This document shows, piece by piece, positions 56,828-64,000 of a stretch of 64,000 bases of DNA. The notes under the pieces were generated by a model. That model ran no database searches. It worked only from the letters and a program-made list of their open reading frames with translations, and had not been told where the DNA came from. The translations under genes were made by a program, and so were the position numbers. This DNA is from an uncultured Spirochaetota bacterium (lineage in GTDB: Bacteria > Spirochaetota > Spirochaetia > SZUA-6 > DRHE01), in the NCBI GenBank assembly GCA_963736785.1, contig CAVTQG010000031.1, positions 15,434-79,433 of the forward strand. The letters are read 5' to 3'. Each line of letters begins with the position of its first letter. Within the stretch, counting starts at the first letter, position 1.

Positions 56828-58199
56828 CTACCGGTAACCGAACTGCTTCTCCACCTCGGCGATGGACTCCTCGATCATGGACAGGCCCATCTCGGCGTAC
56901 TTTTCGTCCATGATCAGCGGCGGGGACATGCGCAGGATGTGCCCGGCGGGGATCCAGGCCAGGCCCTTGCGGAAGGCCTTCTGGTAGACCAGCTTGCCCG
57001 CCTCCTCGAAGGGCTCCTTGGTGGCCTTGTCCTTCACCAGCTCGATGCCCAGCAGGAAGCCCTTGCCCTTCACGTCGCCCACGATGGGGTGGGCCGCCTT
57101 CAGGGCCTGCAGGCGCTTCTGGAAGAAGGCCCCCACGCGGCGCACGTTGGCCAGCAGGTCCTCCTCTTCGATCACTTCCAGGGAAGCCAGAGCCGCGGCG
57201 CAGGCCATGGGGTTGCCGCCGTAGCTGGAGGAGGCGGAGATCTTCTCCAGGGCCCCGGCGTTCTCCTCGCTCACCACCATGGCGGTGACCGGGAAGCCGT
57301 TGCCGAAGGACTTGCCGAAGGTGACGATGTCGGGCAGCACGTTCCAGTGGCTCATGCACAGCCACTCCCCGGTGCGGCCCATGCCGGTGAGCACCTCGTC
57401 GGCGTACAGCAGGATCTTCTTCTGGTCGCAGAAGGCCCGCAGCTTGGGGAAGAAGTCATCGGGCGGGAAGATGGAGCCCCCCCAGCCCTGGGCCGGCTCC
57501 AGCACGAAGGCGGCCACGTTGCCCGCGGTCCCCTCCCGGATGAAGGTGTCGTAGAAGCGGATGTAGGCGTCCGTGTCGATCGTGCCGTCGGCCTTGGCGA
57601 AGGTCGGGCGGTAGGGGTCCGGGCGCGGCACCATGTAGAACCCCGGGGCCCGGGTCGGGCCGTAGGCCAGCACGTCTCCTCGGGACATCTGCGCGCAGCT
57701 CACCGCGGCCATGGTCTTGCCGTGGAAGTCGCGGAAACAGGAGAGGAACTCGTGCTTGCCCGTGATGGCCCGCGCGGCGCGGATCGCCGCCTCCACCGCG
57801 GCGGTGCCGTCGGAGTAGAACTGGATGGCGTGCAGCTTGCCCGGCAGGACCGCGGCCATCTTCTGCAGCAGGGCGTCCTTGACCGGGGTGGTGAAGTCGT
57901 GGCAGTTCATCAGCTTCTTGGCCCAGTGGGCCACCGCCTCGGAGATCTTGGGGTGGCAGTGCCCCAGGGAGGTCACGTAGATGCCGGAGGAGAAGTCCAG
58001 GTACTTGTTGCCGTCCACGTCGCGTCAGGGTGATGCCGTAGCCCTCCTCGAAGCACACGGGGAACAGCTTCACCTGGCTGGACAGCCCGTGAAAGTAGCG
58101 GCAGGCGCTGGCGTGCATCGCTTTGGACTTGGGCCCGGGCGGCTCCACCACGATCCTGGGGATGTCCCGGGCGCTAGCTTTCCACCAATCCTTGGCCAT
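56828..58199 (-). pseudogene. class-III PLP aminotransferase (GABA/ornithine-AT type), one frameshift (~58020)
   Basis: ATG at 58199 follows AAGGAGAG and opens MAKDWWKASARDIPRIVVEPPGPKS..GYGITLT. It continues in ORF 56828-58018: DVDGNKYLDFSSGIYVTSLGHCHP.., ..LLYADEVLTGMGRTGEW.., ..PDIVTFGKSFGNGFP.. Confidence 0.82.
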
Positions 58200-58312
58200 G
58201 TTGCTCTCCTTTAGGCGATAACGATGTCTCTTCCCTGCCGGCGGACTGTCTTGTTCCGCTCGCACAGCATCTGGAGGCTCGCATTACAGTCGAGATTTCC
58301 TTTTGCCTTTGC

Positions 58313-58341
58313 GAAAAGCGCAATATATAATGGGCAAACAT
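58313..58341 (+). promoter_or_regulatory. sigma70-like promoter of UROD paralog 3 / kinase operon
   Basis: TTGCCT (58313-58318), a 17-nt spacer, then TATAAT (58336-58341). A 38-nt leader carrying AAAGGAGGAG runs to the GTG at 58380. The spacer holds a small IR, TTGCG-aaaag-CGCAA. Confidence 0.5.
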
Positions 58342-58379
58342 ATCATGAAAGTTGAAAACAATGAAAGGAGGAGAGTATC

Positions 58380-59546
58380 GTGGATTTAGGTTTTCTTGCT
58401 CGCCATTCAGAAAGAATCGCGCGCTCCCGCAAGGCCATAGGCGCCTTCTGGAATATGGAAGAACAGGATCATATTCCAGCAACCGCGTATATACCGAGCT
58501 ATTACAACATCGCCACCGGCGCAACCTGCTCTGCAGGAAAGTACTACACCGACAAGGAAGTCAATCTCCGGACGCAAATCGAATCGATCGCGGCTCGTCT
58601 GCAAACGATCGAGGACGACTATCTCCCTCACGTCGACAGTTTCCTGGGTACTCCGGTCATCGCTTCTGCTTTCGGAGGAAAAATCCAGTACTTCGAAGAC
58701 AAGGACCCCTGGATCGAAGGCCCGATCATCCACGCTCCCCGCGATATTGACCGGCTCAAGAAGCCGAACCCCGCCAAAACAGGCTTGACCAGCAGGATCC
58801 TGGAATGGATCGATTACTGGAAGGCGGAGACGCGGGGCCTTCTGCCCGTGAGCATCACCGACATTCAAGGTCCCCTGTCGGTGGCCATAGACTTGATGGG
58901 GGCCAGCAGCTTCTACCTGGCCCTGTACGACGAACCGCGGCGGGTCAAGGCGCTGCTGGGTATCATCACCGAAACACTGATTGAATTCTTGAAGCAGCTC
59001 TATCCCTTGATCGAGGAGCAGGACGGCCTGCACGAATGGACCGGCCTCTTCTTCCCCAAAGGCTGCGGGCGATGCCGGTTGTCCGAGGACAACCTCATCT
59101 CGCTCTCCCCGCAGATGTACCTCGAGTTCATCCATCCATACAATGAAATCATTTTCGGGGAAATCGGCGGGGGCATCCTGCACTGGTGCGGAGACGGCAG
59201 CCAAAACTTCAAGACCGTCCTGTCTACCAAGAATCTGAAAGGCATACACAATTCCTCAATGGGGGATATGGATCTCATTATCCGTCAGGTCGAGCAAATC
59301 CAAAGGATGAATGCGGACACCGGCGGGAAGGTGGTTTACTTCAGCTCCATGATGCTCCCCAATCAGGTGGAGAAAGCCCGGGAGTTGGTTCGGAGGCAAA
59401 AGGGCCTGCGCGGGGTCCTGAATTTTATCTTCTACACGCTGGACGACTATGGGCTCTCCTTCGGCCAGGACGAGCAGCGGGGCTACCGAAAGCTGAAGGA
59501 TGACCCCATGAAAATCCTGAAGGCCTTCCTGCATCGGGAGAACTAG
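58380..59546 (+). CDS. UROD/MtaA-like family protein, paralog 3
   Basis: Intact 388-aa ORF with a UROD-fold pattern (..IPATAYIPSYY.., ..LPVSITDIQGPLSVAIDLMG.., ..RLSEDNLISLSPQMYLEFIHPY.., ..ILHWCGDG..). GC is lower than in the flanks. Confidence 0.75.
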   Translation: MDLGFLARHSERIARSRKAIGAFWNMEEQDHIPATAYIPSYYNIATGATCSAGKYYTDKEVNLRTQIESIAARLQTIEDDYLPHVDSFLGTPVIASAFGGKIQYFEDKDPWIEGPIIHAPRDIDRLKKPNPAKTGLTSRILEWIDYWKAETRGLLPVSITDIQGPLSVAIDLMGASSFYLALYDEPRRVKALLGIITETLIEFLKQLYPLIEEQDGLHEWTGLFFPKGCGRCRLSEDNLISLSPQMYLEFIHPYNEIIFGEIGGGILHWCGDGSQNFKTVLSTKNLKGIHNSSMGDMDLIIRQVEQIQRMNADTGGKVVYFSSMMLPNQVEKARELVRRQKGLRGVLNFIFYTLDDYGLSFGQDEQRGYRKLKDDPMKILKAFLHREN

Positions 59547-61016
59547 ATGCCCAAGGCTCTGATCGGCTTGGACCTGGGAACCACGTCCTGCAAGGGTGCC
59601 CTGCTGGATCTCGAGCTGAACCCGCTGAGGTCGGCGGAGCAAGGCTATCCGCTGATCACGCTGTCCGCGGAAAAGATCGAGCAGGATGCCGACCACTGGT
59701 GGGAGGTCTCCAAGGCGGTTCTGCGGCGTCTGGTCAGCGGAATCCGGCATCGACCCGGCGGATGTGCTGGCCGTGAGCATCAGCGCGCAAGGGCTGTCCT
59801 TCGTCCCGGTCGACCGTCGGGGCGATCCCATCCGGAAGGCGTTCAATTGGCTGGACACGAGGGCCGGCCGGCAAAGAGCCGAAATCCTGGGCGAGTTCGA
59901 CGAACGCACGCTTTTCTCCATAACAGGCAAGCGGGCCAGCACCGCCTATGCTCTGCCCAAGCTGCTGTGGTTGAAGCAGGAAGAACCGGAGATTTACTCC
60001 CGGTGCCACAAGATCCTGATGGCCATGGACTTCATCTGGCCCAGGCTATGCGGACGCTTGCGTCACGGACCACACCATGGCCGGGGGAACTCTTTATTAC
60101 GACATCCATCAGCGCAGCTGGTCCAGGACGATTCTGGAAAGGTTCCAGCTGGACCAGGACAAGCTCCCCGGGATCGAATGGAGCGGCACTGTTGCCGGAA
60201 CGTTAAGGAAGGAAGTGGCCGAAGAGCTGGGCCTGACCGACCGGGTGCTGGTCTGTGTGGGCGGGCAGGATCAAAAAGTGGCGGCATGGGCGCGGGAATC
60301 GACCTGGACCGGACGACGATTTCCCTCGGCACGGCCATGGCCATAACCCAAAAGTGCCTGCAGCCGGTCACCGACCAGCAGATGCGCATCCCGTGCTTCA
60401 CGGACCTGTTGAACGGCAGGTGGGTACTGGAAGGATCGGGCATCGGCACCAGCTGTTTGGACTGGCTGCGGGCCACCTTCTTCGAGAATTTGAGCTACGA
60501 CGAGCTGAACGCCATGGTATCGGCGGAGGACGGGAAGAGGAATGGAGTATTTCTTTTTCCATTTTTCATGGGACCCGACACCCTGCACCCCGTCCAGGGA
60601 ATCCAAGGATTCCTCTACGGCTTGAACTTTTCCGTCACCAGGAATCAGATCGTAAAGAGCGCTTTCGAAGGCCTGGCCTATCAAATTCGCGAGAATATCG
60701 CCGTAATGGAGGATATCTCCAAACCCGTCCGGGAGCTGCGGGTATTCGGCGGGGCTCGAAGAGCAAGGTCTGGAACCAGCTGATTGCCGACGTCACCGCC
60801 AAGCCCGTCGTGTCGCTTTTCACTTCCGAGGCCGGTTGCGTGGGCGCGGCAATACTGGCCGGGTTGGGAGCTGGAGCCTACTCCTCCGCCGAGCAGGCTT
60901 TTAGGCATCTGCGGATTCAAACGGTCTACGAGCCGCGCGCGGCGGTCGCGGAGCAATACGCCGAACAGTACCGGGAATATCTGCGCATTCAACAGCGAAT
61001 GATTCAAAGCAGATGA
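59547..61016 (+). pseudogene. FGGY-family carbohydrate kinase (xylulokinase-like), copy 2, frameshifted (about 4)
   Basis: The ATG directly follows the upstream TAG. The pieces are MPKALIGLDLGTTSCKGAL.. / ..VLAVSISAQGLSFVPVDRRGDPIRKAFNWLDTRA.. / ..TDHTMAGGTLYYDI.. / ..DRTTISLGTAMAITQ..FEGLAYQIRENI.. / ..GGGSKSKVWNQLIADVT.. Confidence 0.75.
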
Positions 61017-61028
61017 AAGGACCTCAAC

Positions 61029-62364
61029 GTGGAAGGAACTCTTAAGGCCGGCGTTTCGATCACCGACATTTCTCCGCCCCCGGGCATAGAATTGGCCGGC
61101 TACCCCCATCACCCCCGTCACAACCGAGGGGTGCATGATCCGTTGTACGCCGGCTGCCTGTTTCTGGATGATGGAGACACCCGCCTGGCCATCGTGACCA
61201 TGGACCTGCTCATGTATTCGAAGGCCTACGTGCGCGAGCTGCGGGAAGAGGCTGCCAGGCGGTGCCGGATTCCCGCGCGAAACATCATGATCTGCTGCTC
61301 GCACACTCACTCCAGCCCATGGACCGCCAGCGGCCCGCACATGGAAGCTTTGATGGGCGGTCAGCAGCCGAACCAGGACTATTTATCAGCGCTGCGGAGC
61401 AAGTTGCTCGAGCTGATTGCCGAAGCCAGCACGAAGGTGTTCGAGGCCAGGTTGGGCATCGCCAAGGGGTATTGCGGCCGGGAGCGCGGCGTGGGCGGCA
61501 ACCGCCGCGAACCCCAGGGGGTGGCGGACCCGGAGGTGTGGACCGTCGGCGTCCAGGACAAGCAGGGCAACTGGCGGGCCTGCCTGCTGAAATACGCGCT
61601 GCACCCGACCTTCCTGCACTCCGACAACTTTCTGGTCAGCGCCGACTACCCGGGCTACATCAGGAAGCACCTGCAACAAAGCAAGCCGGGCATGATCTTC
61701 CTTTTCGCCCAGGGGACTTCCGGCAATCAAAGCCCGCGTTACTTCCGTTCCGGCAAGACTTTCGCCGAGGCCGAGCGGGTGGGCACGGAGATCGGGAAAG
61801 AGGCCGAACGGCTGCTGGAGTCCATGCAGCTCCAGAGGTTCCTTCCCCTGCTGGTTCGCTGGGTCGAAACCGACCTGGAGCTGCGGGAGCTGCCCAACCG
61901 CCGGGAAGCCGAGGCCCGCGTGGTCGAAGCCAGAAAGGCCTGGGAGCAGATCAAGACCACGGCAGCGCCTGAGCGGGACATATGGAACGCCGAGCTCCGG
62001 CTGCTGGGCGCCGAGGACACCCTGGCCTACATCGTGCACCAGGAGAAGTCGCCGCGGAGGCAGCTGCGCATCGATGACCTGCCGGTGGAGATCCAGGTCA
62101 TCGGCATCGGCGACACCCGAATTGTGGCCCTTCCCGGGGAGATCTTCGTGGAGTTCGGACTGGCCATCCAGTTTCGTTCGCCCTTTCCCATGACCTTCGT
62201 CATTGAGCTGGCCAATGGCTGCCTTCCCGGGTACGCGGCCACGGCCCGGGCATACGTGGAGGGCGGCTACGGAAACCGGGGCCTCGCTGCTGACCGGCCG
62301 CAGCGGCGACCAGTTCGTGGAAGCAGCCGTGCAGCTTCTCTATCAAACCAGCCAGGAGGAGTGA
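61029..62364 (+). pseudogene. neutral/alkaline ceramidase-like N-terminal-domain hydrolase, one frameshift (~62270)
   Basis: About 415 aa are intact (..ITDISPPPGIELAGY..RGVHDPLYAGCLFLDDGDTRLAIVTMDLL..ICCSHTHSSP..LKYALHPTF..). The corrected tail is ETGASLLTGRSGDQFVEAAVQLLYQTSQEE with stop at 62362-62364. Confidence 0.65.
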
Positions 62365-62365
62365 C

Positions 62366-62715
62366 GTGAAGAAGAGCGTGCAGCTTGGTTTTTGTCCCAT
62401 CGGCAAGTTCGTCTTTTCGCACGAAGATGCCTTGCGGCAAAAGAAGGCGATCCAGGAGAGGCTGAACCGATGGAAAGTGCAGTACTGCACGATCGACGGG
62501 GTGATCCCGGACGGCATGGTCCGCGATCAGAAGCACGTTGAGGCCGTCGTTGAGCACTTCCGCGGGAAAAAGATCGACGCCCTGTTCATGCCTCACTGCA
62601 ACTTCGGCACCGAGGGAGCGGTGGGCCTGATCGGCAAGAAGCTCGGGGTGCCGGTGCTGCTCTGGGGTCCCGGGATGAAGCCCGGATGAAGGCCTTGTCC
62701 GCGTGGATTCCCCAA
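62366..62715 (+). pseudogene. L-fucose/arabinose isomerase-like gene, N-terminal fragment only (truncated)
   Basis: GTG at 62366 opens MKKSVQLGFCPIGKFVFSHEDALRQKKAIQERL..KIDALFMPHCNFGTEGAVGLIGKKLGVPVLLWGP. After a shift it reads RDEAPDEGLVRVDS, and the similarity stops near 62715. No remainder of the ~450-aa protein follows. Confidence 0.55.
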
Positions 62716-62895
62716 TGGCCCGCTCGGCGGCCGCGCCGCGCACCGCCTGCCGCTCGCCCACCACCTCCGGCCCGATCAGGCTGCGCCGGACACCGGGGGA
62801 GTGCAGCAGCTCCGCGGCCAGTTCGGCAGCCAGGTGGTGAAGACCCGGCAGGCCAGCCGCTTTCTCGTTCTCTATCCTTATAAAAGGAATGACTG

Positions 62896-63671
62896 ATGAT
62901 GAGTGACCAGATCATTCTGGAAGGCCGAGACATAACAAAAATGTACGGCGGCGTAAAGCCCTGAACGAGGTGACGTTTCAGCTTCCCCGCAACGAGGTGG
63001 TGGCCTGCTCGGGGATAACGGGGCCGGCAAGTCGACGCTCATCAAGATCCTCTGCGGCGCCATTCGACCGAACAGCGGTCAGATTTTCGTCGAAGGCAAG
63101 GAGGTCGCCTTCACCCACACCCGGCAGGCGAAAGAGCTCGGCATCGAGACGGTGTACCAGGACCTGGCCCTGGTGGACTCGCTCAGCATCGAGAAGAACA
63201 TCTATCTGGGCAAGGAGATCGTGAAGAAATACTGGTTCCTGGAGGTGCTCCAGAACAGAAAAATGAAAATCGGGGCCATGAAGTTCCTGCAGGACCTGGG
63301 CATCAATATCCGAGATCCCGAGCGCATCGTGGAGGAGCTTTCGGGGGGCAGCGCCACGCCGTGGCGATCAGCAAAGGAGCCTTCTGGACGGACAAGATCC
63401 TGATCCTGGATGAACCGACCGCGGCTTGGGCGTCAAGGAAACCAACAGGATCCTGAACATGATCATCCAGCTGAAGAAGAAGGGGCTTTCGATAATCCTG
63501 ATTACCCACAACATGGAGCACGCTTTCTTCGTGGCAGACCGCTTTTTCGTGCTGCGAGCAGGCGAAAAGGTAGGCGAACGATTGAAGCAAGAGACGAACA
63601 CCGAAGAAATAGTTAAAATGATCACGGGTGCGATATTCGTGGAAGGAACTAGCCAGAGAACGCAGGCGTGA
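62896..63671 (+). pseudogene. CUT2-type sugar ABC transporter ATP-binding protein (single NBD), frameshifted (>=4)
   Basis: The stitched product is [132 protein letters not shown]... Single-base gaps occur at ~62959, ~63003, ~63350 and ~63427. Confidence 0.78.
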
Positions 63672-63681
63672 GAGGTAACCA

Positions 63682-64000
63682 TGGGGGACGTCGCTGCCTT
63701 TGAAGAACGCAGAAAGAATCTATTCGTAAGGTTTTTCCGGGTCCGCGAAATAGGGGCGCTCTTGCCTCTCCTTATTTTGATCATCATCATGGGGTTCGTG
63801 AACAAGAGGTTCTTCCTCTTCGACAACATCATCAACATGCTGCGGGCCATCTCCTACCTCTTCATCGCCGGGGTGGGCATGACGCTATGTGCTGTGCTCC
63901 CGGGGACTCGACCTTTCCCTGGGTTCCCAGATGGGCCTTTCCTGCGTGTTCATTGGTGTCCTGTTGGTCTACCTGCGCCTGCCGATATGGCTGACCGTCA
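63682..64000 (+). pseudogene. CUT2-type ABC permease, 5' part (runs off window), one frameshift (~63888)
   Basis: ATG at 63682 follows GAGAGG and opens MGDVAAFEERRKNLFVRFFRVREIGALLPLLILIIIMGFVNKRFFLFDNIINMLRAISYLFIAGVGMT. After a shift it reads YVLCSRGLDLSLGSQMGLSCVFIGVLLVY (GGIDLSVG-type motif). Confidence 0.7.

Noticed and set aside
56826-56836. Additional TACCGGTAA half-site at ~56830 (and ACCGGTAA at ~3432) considered as further operator copies.
   Set aside because: Both are single half-sites without the paired N5 partner. The ~56830 site lies inside coding sequence, in the last codons of the class-III aminotransferase gene. The ~3432 site lies in the MalF/MalG intercistronic gap of system 1. 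Both are likely chance occurrences of a short self-complementary hexamer.
1-64000. Search by eye for CRISPR arrays, tandem or direct long repeats, tRNA/rRNA-like sequence, transposases, integrases, toxin-antitoxin or known defence genes.
   Set aside because: None was found. The only recurring non-coding motif is the ACCGGT-based palindrome reported above. All sizeable ORFs with protein-like sequence are metabolic, transport or regulatory.

Overview
High-GC bacterial chromosomal segment (60-nt spot counts mostly 58-80 % GC, with a few ~42-55 % islands). It is densely packed with about 55 protein-coding genes, and I found no tRNA, rRNA, CRISPR array, transposase or integrase. Almost the whole window is a carbohydrate/amino-sugar utilisation region. 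It holds four CUT1-type (MalEFG-like) and two CUT2-type (RbsABC-like) ABC uptake systems. These are interleaved with aldose epimerases, AraA/FucI-like isomerases, Gfo/Idh/MocA oxidoreductases, FGGY and GHMP sugar kinases, DegT-type and class-I/III aminotransferases, PF04909-type amidohydrolases, deacetylases (NodB, PIG-L), HAD phosphatases and DeoR, GntR/PBP1 and BlaI-type regulators.

Unusual passengers:
- an 8-heme HAO-family cytochrome c sitting inside a tight sugar-enzyme operon
- an isolated heme O synthase
- an MttB-family methyltransferase homolog
- three UROD/MtaA-like paralogs
- a mini VirB11/CpaF-like ATPase

The main caveat is that about half of the genes are broken by +/-1 frameshifts (roughly 70 in total). 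The breaks fall gene by gene, while 18 kb, 8 kb and 4 kb stretches are completely intact. This is either mosaic consensus error or real gene decay, and I cannot decide which from the sequence alone. Frameshifted genes are given as single pseudogene spans stitched from the ORF-track fragments.

A conserved palindrome, TTACCGGT-N5-ACCGGTAA, lies upstream of three transporter operons. Several sigma70-like promoters, SBP-distal hairpins/terminators and leaderless-type start geometries are also visible.
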